Shown: in pieces, positions 27,001-36,199 of the stretch | Layout of the letters: the number at the start of each line of letters is the position of its first letter | How positions within the stretch are numbered: the first letter of the stretch is position 1 | Assembly (NCBI GenBank): GCA_965649765.1 | Contig: OZ287757.1 | Span: 53,754,001-53,818,000, forward strand | Source of the DNA: Bispira polyomma | Taxonomy: Eukaryota | Direction: 5' to 3' | Length of the DNA stretch: 64,000 bases | Program-made: the position numbers and the translations under genes | The notes under the pieces: generated by a model | Told to the model about the DNA's origin: nothing | The model's database searches: none | What the model saw: the letters and a program-made list of their open reading frames with translations, nothing else

Positions 27001-29109
27001 CAACAACTTGAGTAGATTATCTCAGAAGCGAAGCAGATTTATGCGAGTGATAATACAAGAAATTTTATTAAATTAGGTAAACTATCATCCTAGAGAGCAC
27101 CGAAAAGTACTGACTTCCATATAAGGATATTTATTTGTTAACTGTGACTTGAGTCACAATGCTGTCACTTTAATGGTTTACGCTTTCGAATTGTTTATGA
27201 CCTTTCAATCGGCAAGAACTGCCAACGATGTGTTACATTTTAATAAATGATGAATGTTTGAACTAGTCTCCTACCACTAGCCCCCCAAAAAGTGCTGGTC
27301 AATGGAAAGTACCGGTACTGGTTGGGTAGTTCGCAAGTAAGCACGGACAGGTCTAGACGTGGTTACCAGGTTATCGCCGCGAACGTCAGTCTGTACCAGT
27401 CTACTGTCTTATCACTGTAGCACGAGCCCACAATAGAACTGGAGATTGCTAAAAACACACTTACCACACAGATTACAATCTTTATCTATTTACCTTTAAA
27501 AAAATCAAGCAATACAACCAACGAAATATGTCAATAGATCTTATCAACAACAGAAGTTAAAAAAGAAGTCTAGAATTCCCCCTCACGTATATGAATAAAT
27601 ATATTTTCACGAATGGATATTAAAAAAGTGCCCTAAACCCAACTTTGAGCGTAGGAGATATTTAGGCTTAAGAATGACGGCTAACTCCCCTAAATACTCC
27701 TAAACCCTAATCCAAAAAATTTTCCGGACTATTTTCGTAGTGGATCTCGCGCAATATTTCCCAGAATCAAATGAAAATGTTGTATGTCGGGAAGTCATTA
27801 ATTAAAAGTAAAGAAATATCGGGAAATAAAATGTTAGAATATTTATATTTTTTATACAATTTTTCATAGTGATTATGTTATTTAGTTTTTCAGAAAATAT
27901 TATTAAGTCCGCGGGAAATGTTTTTAAGTCTGCGGGAAGTCATATTAAGTCAGCGGAAAATTTATTTATTACTTACTTTTTCAAACCAAAGTATATCCAA
28001 GTAATTGCTTGTCAACATGTGCTGAGCTAGCGCCATTGTTGCTCATTAACATACATGAGTTTCCTGTCAGCCTGGTACCCAGAATTGCAACTATGTGGAG
28101 AGGGATGGATGACTGTTGGGTTAAGTGGTTATTTGTTGTGTTTAAGTTAGGTGATGCACATGGAAGTTAGGTACTTGAGTTTTAATGTGTCAAACTGGTG
28201 ATTTTTTAGTGTTTCCCGATATGCGCTTCCCATAATGATTTCCTGACATACAACGTTTTCGTTCGATTCCGGGAAGTATTTCCCGATATACGGCATACTC
28301 TCCAAATAGTCACGGGGGATTATTTAGTTTTGGGTTGTAATTTAAATAGTCCCCGGGGATTATTTGCTTTTGAGTTTTTTTAAAAAAAAAAAAAAATAAA
28401 ATAGTCCCCGGGGACATAAAAAAAAAAATTTAAATAGTCCCCGGGGACAAAAAAAACAAAAAACAATGAACATGCTTCTTCGTAAATGTAAAAAAAAAAA
28501 AAAAAGAAAAAAAAAAGAAGAACCCTTTAAAAAAAAACGTTCTTATAATATAATCCTGTTATATCCCCCGGGGATTTTTTCAGTACTATATATAATCCTG
28601 TTATCGTCTCCAAGGACTATTTCAATACTATATATGATTTTGTTATAATCCCCGGGGGTTATTAAAAACGCCCATCATTTTCCATTCACATTTACGAAGA
28701 AGTGTGTGCGTCAACAATGATTATGTTTTGATAATTCACATAGGTTTTCCCCTAGGGGGCTATATTGAGACTATTCCTGAATACAACCTCGCTGGTTTTT
28801 GGGGGGTAATATTTTTCAAAAAGGCGGAAGTGAGAGGAAATTCTAGACCTTAGCCGAAGTTAATGTGCGTAACTAGTTCCAGAGTCTTCCAAACACGAGA
28901 CTGCAGACTGACATTATTAAGGCAGGCGATTTTAGATAACTGTGCCTCCGGTGAAGGCGCCGAGTTTTAGTAGCAACTATTTTATATTCGAAAACGTCGG
29001 GCCCACAAACAGGCATGAGGACTTCAGAAACAAACTATTGGACTAAAGCAGAATCCTAATGTTCTAGTTTAGTGATGATTTTACCTGGATTATATCCGTA
29101 ATTTGCCAT
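1..29109 (-). CDS. ENOX1: Ecto-NOX disulfide-thiol exchanger (ENOX1/ENOX2-like), multi-exon gene, 3' end outside window
   Basis: complement(join(<1..65,6366..6547,8299..8416,10728..10834,16784..17014,17733..17966,19557..19763,20652..20969,22571..22663,25464..25619,29085..29109)). All GT-AG and phase-compatible. Family motifs: PPPTTRERPPGCKTIFVGGLP (RRM), GRLHVDYAQAKDDLYEWECNQR, FYSMIQSVNGHVRRL, KQKAWDHFTKAQRKN, EMEMSD, LQQTLQGMQ. A single invertebrate co-ortholog of ENOX1/2 is likely. Confidence 0.93.
237..486 (+). mobile_element. tRNA-derived SINE, family A
   Basis: A box tggcctagtgg and B-box-like ttcgaatcc; TSD cccgagtaaaaact/cccaagtgaaaact; 5 similar copies in window. Confidence 0.88.
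765..1684 (-). repeat. ~58-63-bp tandem array copying the ENOX donor at 6366 (about 15 copies; continues at 6207-6393 after the LINE)
   Basis: Unit ccctgtacagtttgctgtctaaccctatacatgtctcactgtatataacacctctcaccttttg matches ctcac|cttttgcatgccctgtagagtttgctgt at the real junction. Confidence 0.9.
1686..2135 (+). pseudogene. LINE ORF1 C-terminal remnant encoding a NADAR (YbiA/DUF1768-like) domain
   Basis: LSNFYPCEVKIFG..HNSAEHAYQYAKA...W...KEKVMEKVIRAK...LIETDG.FAEAVPG.LFWSTG...WPGKNKLGKLL matches the NADAR motif order; stop overlaps the ORF2 ATG. Confidence 0.82.
2128..5929 (+). pseudogene. LINE ORF2 (APE endonuclease, reverse transcriptase, C-terminal Cys motif) with stops and frameshifts
   Basis: APE: YNCRGL, LQETF, VYAPN, GDFN, SRLDY, DHS, GPGYWKLN. 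RT: KSPGTDG, NYRPISL, LDFEKAFD, GVRQG, QYADD. CAYC near 5570. Confidence 0.92.
6366..6547 (-). CDS. ENOX1: ENOX exon, coiled coil
   Basis: LKDENNSLKFQIEAFKNEVELLK...LQQTLQGMQK; ctgtag|...AAG|gtgaga. Confidence 0.92.
7011..8311 (-). repeat. 30-bp minisatellite (about 43 copies) containing the ENOX donor at 8299
   Basis: Minus-strand unit CTGAACTCTCAG|GTAGGGACACACTTTATA versus real CTGAAGTCTCAG|GTAGGGAC. Confidence 0.95.
8299..8416 (-). CDS. ENOX1: ENOX exon
   Basis: EIRQKEEQEFLKERKEDEMEMSDEEGEPVQKKKRGTEVS; ttgtag|...TCAG|gtaggg. Confidence 0.9.
8448..8915. repeat. ~37-38-bp intronic minisatellite next to the ENOX acceptor at 8416
   Basis: Unit cagtattacactgaacacccc.a.tatatggtgcacc, about 12 copies. 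Confidence 0.85.
10728..10834 (-). CDS. ENOX1: ENOX exon (not in ORF track)
   Basis: EQINKVFVAATKQKAWDHFTKAQRKNLDSWRKISV; tgaag|TG...GTG|gtaagt. Confidence 0.93.
13161..13380. repeat. 37-bp tandem repeat, about 5-6 copies
   Basis: gaatatttaacctacatctcacaaacttctatgatgc. Confidence 0.8.
13740..14008. repeat. 89-bp tandem repeat, about 3 copies
   Basis: ctgaaaacctccctgtt...agcagtaccatgttcctca at 13772, 13861 and 13950. Confidence 0.8.
15493..15737 (-). mobile_element. tRNA-derived SINE, family A
   Basis: Reverse complement of the 237-486 copy; TSD-like agttctct on both sides. Confidence 0.87.
16784..17014 (-). CDS. ENOX1: ENOX exon
   Basis: DDSFLKSAETLVTWMERGDCNRRSSNLFYSMIQS...GIIKQ; ctacag|...CAAT|gtaggt. 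Confidence 0.92.
17286..17825 (-). repeat. Four degenerate copies of the 3' end and donor of ENOX exon 17733..17966
   Basis: ctcacctttaagcctgtctaacatgagctg.ccctcatggtct.agaagtg-like copies near 17288, 17441, 17510 and 17612 versus the real junction at 17728. Confidence 0.85.
17733..17966 (-). CDS. ENOX1: ENOX exon
   Basis: GYRLKIENKDDKPNTGRLHVDYAQAKDDLYEWEC...LDRLK; tttcag|...AAAG|gtaagt. Confidence 0.93.
18008..18186. mobile_element. Short TA-flanked MITE (cagtagaacctctattatc family)
   Basis: Termini related to tacagtagaacctc...gaggttctactgta; related pieces near 12173-12462, 13124, 48380-48543, 48917-49205, 50925-51091, 56170-56338 and 59560-59660. Confidence 0.55.
18265..19578 (-). repeat. 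29-bp minisatellite (about 26 copies) containing the ENOX donor at 19557, split by a MITE
   Basis: Minus-strand unit GAAAGCTCTAATGGTGTCAG|GTCAGTAA equals the real exon end plus donor. Confidence 0.93.
18412..18919. mobile_element. hAT-like MITE inside the ENOX donor array
   Basis: 8-bp TSD ccattacg (18404-18411 and 18920-18927); termini TAGAG...CTCTA. Confidence 0.75.
19557..19763 (-). CDS. ENOX1: ENOX exon, RRM domain
   Basis: APPPTTRERPPGCKTIFVGGLPETVTEEVLTEMFEKCGNIISIRLSKKNFAHLRF; ttacag|...TCAG|gtcagt. Confidence 0.93.
20652..20969 (-). CDS. ENOX1: ENOX exon, Gly/Met-rich to TLYPPSN
   Basis: Within ORF 20632..21066; gacag|ATATGG...AAACA|gtgggt. Confidence 0.85.
22571..22663 (-). CDS. 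ENOX1: ENOX exon (KPPMAMSMPNIPMD...)
   Basis: gacag|GCAAACC...AAAGTGG|gtaagt; 93 nt, phase 1-1. Confidence 0.7.
22893..23366. mobile_element. MITE/foldback with ~95-bp imperfect inverted termini
   Basis: ggaaagagcagaattcgggaacg...ctgcaaccct mirrored by agggttgcag...cgttcccaaattttgctctttcc. Confidence 0.65.
25464..25619 (-). CDS. ENOX1: ENOX exon, Met/Gly/Pro-rich N-terminus
   Basis: tttcag|GTCCAATG...AACAAAG|gttagt; 156 nt, phase 1-1, open. Confidence 0.75.
26294..26658. mobile_element. hAT-like MITE
   Basis: Termini TAGGGCTG...CAGCCCTA; 8-bp TSD atttacgc/atttacgt. Confidence 0.75.
26783..27329. mobile_element. Putative MITE
   Basis: actacccaaccagtac...tttccat mirrored by atggaaagtac...gtactggttgggtagt. 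Confidence 0.55.
27756..28282. mobile_element. Putative MITE with ~45-bp inverted repeats
   Basis: ttcccagaatcaaatgaaaatgttgtatgtcgggaagtcatta mirrored by taatgatttcctgacatacaacgttttcgttcgattccgggaa. Confidence 0.55.
29085..29109 (-). CDS. ENOX1: ENOX coding exon 1 (MANYGYNP)
   Basis: aaaagcATGGCAAATTACGGATATAATCCAG|gtaaaa; phase 1 joins the next exon to give GPMGPNM. Confidence 0.6.
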
Positions 29110-30589
29110 GCTTTTTTAAATCGAAGTATGCAACGTTTCGAAGGCAAATATACGGATGAGAGATTTATTTTCACAAGCTAGACGAAAACAGGAAACTGGC
29201 ACACGGTAAAAAAAAAATGGTATGCTAAAACGCGGAGCTCTCTTGCGGAGATAAATCGTCTAAGGGAGTTAGCTCTTGGGAGGTAGCTCTTAAATCGAGC
29301 TTCTTTGTCTGTATGTATTTGTAGTGATAACAATTTTGAAGCAGCAGTTTTGTCTGTGTGGTTTGAAGTACATTTTCAGTTTGCAGAAGTAATTCAAAAT
29401 TGTAAAGTAACTCAAATTTGTCAACAGAGACAAATATATAACAAATTATTAATGAATAATTGTCAAACTTTTAACAATTTTTTAAATTTTATGTCTTTTT
29501 AAAAACTTGTTTAAGCCACAATTTATGACAAATTGAAAAATAGTTACGAAATTGTCACCTTTTTCTCACTGGAATCCGTTTCGGATGACTTAAAACTTAT
29601 CAGACAGTAGTCACACTTTAGTCCAAAAAATTTTCTCAAATATAATTGATGAAACTCAAACTTGACATTGATACCACTTCAAATGATGAAAAGTAGGAAC
29701 TTCGAATTTTTTCTCAAAGACAATAGTTAATGAGATATTCAACATTAAGAGAATACAAGTATACAAGTAAAATTTTGATATATCTAAAATTTTTTACTCA
29801 AAAACTGAATGTTCAAACAATTTCTTTATTAATATAGTCAGGTATCAGTATGCAAAATTTCAGACTAGCTCATCCTTCCAAACTTCTGAAAAAGCTTGGT
29901 AAAATATTTTTTGTATGCACAGACCCGTGGCAATATGGCAGCAACTTCATCAGTTGACATAAAAATTAATTAAACACTGACAAATTAAACATTGACCAAT
30001 CAAATTATATTCCTAAAAAAAATTGTCACCTGACTGGAATCTTGCATACATTTACAAACTTTTGACAAACTTTAATTTGTTTCATCCTGAAAAAAATTAG
30101 GTTGGAATCAAAATCAATGATTATTATTGACTTATCTCAAAAAATTACCACAACAGTAAATCATTGGTGTACTATTATTTTTAAAATATAGAAACTGTGT
30201 CCACTAGCACTATATAAAGGTGCACACATTTGCAAAGTCGAAATAGCAAACAAACAGCTTTTTCTGAATGACTAAGAGGTCGGGAAACAAATCCAACAAC
30301 AAATTTTTGACAATCAAAGTAAAAGTTGGACCACAATACAATTTGTCATTTGACTTGTATTTCCAAATTCTTGCCAAATTCTTGACAACCCTTCTATGGA
30401 CAATAATAAACCTCTGCCAATGGAACTTTCTGGGCAATTTGAGATTAGGTGATTAGAAATTGAAAGAGATCTAAAACTAAAGAGCTTGAAGCTCAACAGC
30501 GAAAAGAAGAGCTTGAGGCTCAAAGACGAAAAGAGGAGCTCGAAGCTCAAAAATTTGAAAAAGAACTTGAGCTTAAGCATGAAAGGGAA

Positions 30590-32320
30590 ATGAAAGCTTT
30601 GGAACTCAATGCTGGCCGAGTTGCCCATGAAAAGTCCATGGCAACCAAATTTGATTTGGGTAAAAATGTGCGACTGGTACCACCTTTCAACGAATCGGAA
30701 GCTGATAAATATTTTCAACACTTTGAACGAGTGGCTCAAAATTTGAAATGGCCCACAAACCAGTGGCCTTTATTGCTGCAAAGTGTTTTCAAAGGCAAAG
30801 CCCAAGAGGCATATACAGCTTTGCCAATTTCTGAATGTAGAGATTATGACTCTGTGAAAAATGCTATCTTGAAAGCATATGAGTTGGTACCAGAAGCATA
30901 TCGTCAAAAATTCAGAAACTACCGTAAACAAGAAAATCAAACTTATGTTGAATTTGCCCATGAAAGAGAAATGTACTTTGACAGATGGTGTAATTCTACA
31001 GAGGTTGGTACAGACTTTGAAAAGCTTAGGCAAGTCATTTTAATTGAGGAGTTCAAAAGGGGTGTTCGTGATGACATTAAAACCTATCTGGATGAACAGA
31101 AAGTAGAAAATTTGCAGAAAGCAGTAGCTTATGCTGATGATTATGCGCTGACTCACAAGTCCACTTTTAACAAGAGTAAATTCTTTGATTCCACAAAGAA
31201 GTTTTATCCTGAAGTAGGAAAGAAATTAGAAAATGTAGCTCCAGAAAAGAGTTCAGATAAGTTTCAAACAACAAATCAGACAATGAGTAAGGATAGGAAA
31301 CCTAGGTCCTTTGCTCCTGTGTGCCATTACTGTAAAAAACCTGGGCATGCTATGTCTGACTGTTGCCTCTTAAAGAAACGGAGAGAAAAGGAGGCAACAC
31401 CCAATGCCTTTATTTCTAGCAAATCTAATTGGCGTTCAAATCCCAATAAAGCAGAATGTAGTATTGGTTTAGTCAAGTCTGAGATTAGGGAAGAGTTCAA
31501 ACCTTTTGTTCCTGAGGGTTTTGTATCCTTAGATAGTAGTTCCAGTCAAGTTCCCATTAGGATACTAAGAGACACTGGGGCTACTCAGTCACTACTTTTA
31601 GAACGTGTATTGCCATTGAGTGTAAGCACTTCTACTGGTGAGAGTATTATTGCTCAAGGTATTGAAGGAGGTTGTGTAAACATTCCCTTACATAAGGTCA
31701 ACTTAGTATCAGACTTAGTTACTGGTTCAGTTGCGGTGGGTATCGGGCCCACTTTACCCATTAAAGGGGTGTCTTTGCTGTTGGGAAACGATTTGGCAGG
31801 TGGCAAGGTGGTTGTTGATCCTAAGGTTACTTCTAAGTCGATCACTTTGGTTATCACTGAGAAATTAGAAGAGGTTATTCCTGGTATTTTTCCCTCCTGT
31901 GCTGTGACTCGAGCTATGGCTAAAAAAGCCCAAGAAGAACCAAAAGATTGTAAACAATTTACAAATGTCTTAGTTGATTTATCAGATACATTCTTAAACA
32001 ACTGTGACCATGATGTGCAAAATCATAGTGATATTGACCCTAAAGGTAAGGAAGATTCTGAGAAACAAGACCCAATTGATGATCCAGATGTATCACTCTC
32101 AAAATCAAAATTGATTGTAGAGCAGGAAAATGACCCTGAATTAGCCCCTCTATTTAAATTGGTGTTACCACCAGTAGCGCTAGATAAGGTCCCAGTAGGC
32201 TATTATATCAGAAATGGTGTGCTTATGCGAAAGTGGAGGCCGCCAAGTGTCCTACCTCTGAGAACTGGTCAATACTTCATCAGATTGTATTACCGAAAAT
32301 GTACCAAAATGATGTATTGA
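30590..32320 (+). pseudogene. Gypsy gag-protease segment
   Basis: 576-aa ORF with AYELVPEAYRQKFR, CCHC knuckle, DTGA protease motif and LLLGNDL. Confidence 0.88.
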
Positions 32321-33188
32321 GGTTAGCTCATGAGTCTCCAATGGGTGGCCATTTAGGCATCAATAAAACTTATGGCAAAATAACTAAGCATTTCTACTGG
32401 CCTCAAATCCGGCGCTGTGTGGCAGAATTTTGTAAAACTTGTCACATTTGTCAAGTTGTAGGGAAACCAAATCAAAAGATTCCTGTAGCTCCTCTAAAAC
32501 CAATTCCAGCATTTGAGGAACCATTCAGCAAGGTAATAATTGATTGTGTAGGCCCATTACCAAAGACTAAATCCAGAAACCAATATCTCTTAACCATTAT
32601 GTGTGCCTCAACCAGATTCCCTGAAGCCATACCTTTGACCAACATAACAGCCCCGAAAATCTCGAAAGCTTTATTCAATTTCTTTACTTTGGTTGGCTTA
32701 CCGAAGGAGATTCAATCAGATCAAGGGTCAAATTTCATGTCAGGATTATTTCAGCAAGTTGTGTTTCAGCTGCCAAATAGATCAAATCTAGTGCTTATCA
32801 CCCAGAATCACAAGGTGCACTTGAAAGGTTCCATTCCACTTTAAAAAATATGATCAGGACATATTGCTTAGACAATGAGAAAGACTGGGATGAAGGCATC
32901 AACATATTATTGTTTGCAGTTAGGGAATCAGTGCAAGGGTCTTTAAGCTTTAGTCCCTTTGAGTTGGTGTTTGGTCATTCAGTTCGTGGTCCTCTTAAGT
33001 TGTTGAAAGAAAATTGGTTATCTGAGAACTCTGAGAGCCTAAACCTGTTAGATTATGTTTCGAAGTTTAGGAGTAGGCGGAAAAAGGCTTGTGAGCTAGC
33101 GCAACAAAATTTGAAACATTCTCAGTCAAAAATGTTTATGTCATTGAAACCCCGGACAGAAGGAAGCCAACCCAACTGTGTCATGTAA
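32233..33188 (+). pseudogene. Gypsy integrase (frameshifted)
   Basis: HESPMGGHLG...CKTCHIC, IDCVGPLP, SDQGSNF, FSPFELVFG. Confidence 0.9.
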
Positions 33189-33190
33189 AT

Positions 33191-34748
33191 ATGGTAAAAC
33201 CATACTTTGAAAGGGGTGTGACAAAGCCTGTCATGGCTACTGACTGTAATGTAGTAAATGACAACAATCAGGAGCATGAACCATGGGATGACAATCCTGA
33301 TGTTGAAGTTAAATGTAAAATCAGGTTGAGTAATTCAGAGATTCTTGCTGATTTGGAAACCAAACTGAATCATGTACCTCCATATAAGAGGATCCCACTT
33401 AGTGCGTTACTCTTGAAGTATAAGTCAGTATTTCCTGATGCCCCTAACAGAACCAATGTACTCATGCATGATGTTGATGTTGGCAATGCCAGTCAGATCA
33501 AACAGCACCCGTATCGTGTAAACCCAATCAAGCTTGAATAATTAAGACAAGAAGTGCAATAAATGTTGGACAAAGATATAATTGAAGCAAGTCAAAGTAG
33601 TTGGGCATCTCCTTCTGTTTTGGTCCCAAAGCCTGATGGTTCTATCAGATATTGCACAGACTATAGAAAGGTTAATGTTTTGAGTAAAACCCATTCATTT
33701 CCTATCCCAAGAATGGAAGACTGTATTGATCGGATTGGTAAAGCCAAATATATCACAAAGTGTGACTTATTGAAAGGTTACTGGTGTGTACCTCTTACCA
33801 AACGGGCAAAAGAAATATCAGCATTTGTAACTCCCGATGGTCTGTATCAGTACAAGGTAATGCCATTTGGCATGAAAAATTCCCAAGCTACATTTCAGAG
33901 ACTAATGAATATATGTTTAAGGAACTTAGAAGGGGTTGAAATGTATGTGGATGATATTGTCATCTTTAGTGATACTTGGGAAGAACATTTAAGAAGACTT
34001 GAACAAGTTTTGTTTCAGCTCAAGCAAGCCAACCTTACTGTGAATCTATCGAAAAGTGACTTTGTAAAAGCAAAGGTTGTTTACTTAGGGCATGTATTGG
34101 TGGGTCATGGAGTTATGATACCAATTAAAGCAAAAGTTGAAAGCATTATTGACTACCCTATTCCTAAAAATAAGAAAAGTTTAATGAGGTTTCTGGGAAT
34201 GTCAGGTTATTATAGAAAATTTTGTAAAAATTTCTCAGCTGTCACTGTTCCACTGACTGAGCTCTTACAAAAAAACGTAAAATATCACTGGTCTGAAGCA
34301 TGTCAAAAAGCATTTGACAAAGTAAAGAGTGTTCTCTGTTCGGAGCCTGTACTAACTGCTCCAGACTTCAGTAGACCATTCCGGCTAGCTGTGGATGCCA
34401 GTGATGTTGGGGCAGGTGCAGTTTTACTGCAGACAGATGATGAAGATATTGAACATCAAATTTGTTATTTTTCAAAAAATTTAATATACATCAAAAGAAA
34501 TACTCTACAATAGAATAGGAATGTTTAGCCCTCATTCTAGCCACTTTGATATCTATATATCTTCATCATCAAAACCAACTATTGTGTACACAGATCACCA
34601 CCCTTTAGTATTCTTGCACAAAATGAAAAACAACAACAGACGTTTATTGAATTGGAGTTTGGCTTTGCAAGAATACAGTTTACAAATAGAACATGTTAAA
34701 GGAAAGGATAACATTTGTGCTGATGCTCTATCCAGAAGTTGTAGTTAA
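33191..34748 (+). pseudogene. Gypsy reverse transcriptase / RNase H (with stops)
   Basis: QHPYRVNP, SSWASP, DYRKVN, MPFGMKN, YVDD, FLGMSGYYRKF, DAS, TDH, ADALSR. Confidence 0.92.
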
Positions 34749-34945
34749 GGTCATTTTGTATGTTAACAACTGAAAAGTAAACTTGTAAAACTTAGATATT
34801 CACTTATGAATATTACTTGTATAACTTAAAATATAATGTTCCATAGAATGTTCTTACATATGTACACTGTATATTCACTTATGTTTTGTGTAATATGAAA
34901 TTTTGTAACCCCTTGGCTTCCAAAATTTTTCTTTAAGGGGGGAGG

Positions 34946-35696
34946 TGTTACATATAAGGACATTGTGGTATGTTAAAGCACTCTGCTAGAGTGATCTATT
35001 TATAGATTTGGGGAAACCCCTAAGCTTCTAGAAGCTGGTTCTATTTTGTTTCTGTTGTTATTGAAGTTATTCTGGAAAGTTCTAGCGATTGTTGTTTACA
35101 TTCTCTAGCAGTGGTAAATAAAAGGGTTGACAGCCTGGCCACAGGGTAGAGTTTATTAAGTTGGTGTGCTATACGAATTGCTATACTGTGAAACATTTTA
35201 TTTCTTTTCCTGTGGATATAAACTGTTATTATATACATTTTGTGGTGAACTTATTGAAGCGAACTAGATATAAAGTTGTGGATCTACCAGAGATTGGATT
35301 TGCTGCATACCGGATATTGTTTGCATCCTGGACTGGATAGCTTAGTTGTGCAAATTCTCTGGATAAATACATTTTGTGTTCGTGGACACCTAACGGATAA
35401 CAGGATACAGGCATTGTGTGGACACCGAGCAGATCTCAAGACAGATTGCTGGATACAGTGGACAAACTTGTTTAATTGTTATTTATGTAGACAGGAATGT
35501 GGTCAGGTCAGATCGGTTTCATTATTGTATTATTGTATGAACCATTAAGAGTATCTCAGTTGACTGTAATTCTGTAATTGTGTAATTGTTATTTTATTTG
35601 TTAAATAAATTTGTTAAGTGAAACTTTTTGTCTTTTCCTGTTACAACATAAAAGCAACTGGTGATTGCTACCGTGCTTGCTCCCGTGACCGTAACA
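34946..35696 (+). repeat. 3' LTR of the gypsy element (751 bp)
   Basis: Starts TGTTAC directly after the PPT and ends GTAACA (inverted termini); contains aataaa. Confidence 0.8.
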
Positions 35697-36199
35697 TTGG
35701 AGGAACTAATGACAAGTTATAAGGGTCTTTTAATGTCACTTGCAAGAAAAGCTGGAAATTTCTGTTCGAGTGGCTTATTGGGTTTAGTCAAGAAGAAGAA
35801 GTGTTATCCTATTTCTAGAAGTAGTAACTTCATCATCTCTGACAATAATGGCCTTGAACTGCTACAAACCTTCCTTCACTGGATGCATGGTTGATTGTCA
35901 AGTTGAACCAACAATTATACCACCAAATTACATTTTTAGATTGATACACTGTCGCATACTGCATGAGCTGCTTGTTGGATCATGTAATGTAACAGCATGT
36001 GAATGTTCCGACACTAAGATAGTCAAGGACCAAAAATACAACACCAACATTTGGATGTTAACTTCAATAAGAGTAAATATTTTCGTTATCTGTTAGTTCT
36101 GGTAAACACAATAGATCGCCTGTATGGTCAAACCAGAAACTATAACTTTCTCTGGTTGGCTTATTCAGAAGAATGCATTACTAAGTTGCATTTATGAGG

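Larger units (their letters stand above)
30434..35696 (+). mobile_element. Gmr1-like Ty3/gypsy LTR retrotransposon (gag-PR-INT-RT-RNaseH), 5'-truncated and degenerate
   Basis: gag with zinc knuckle CHYCKKPGHAMSDC; protease LRDTGA; integrase HHCC plus IDCVGPLP and SDQGSNF at 32233-33140, upstream of RT (YVDD) and RNase H (DASDVG, ADALSR) at 33400-34748; polypurine tract aaggggggagg then LTR. Left boundary approximate. Confidence 0.92.

Noticed and set aside
27977-28036. Alternative ENOX start exon (acaATGGCG...AAAA|gtaagt)
   Set aside because: Phase 0 donor does not fit the phase 1 downstream exon, and it lies inside an inverted-repeat element.
28305-28645. Cluster of tagtccccgggga palindromic motifs with A-runs
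   Set aside because: Probably a decayed non-autonomous element or simple repeat; no clear termini or TSD to support a call.
35697-35715. ttgg after the LTR as the primer-binding site of a second tandem element
   Set aside because: No recognisable tRNA complement or gag downstream. The LTR is preceded by a PPT, so it is the 3' LTR.
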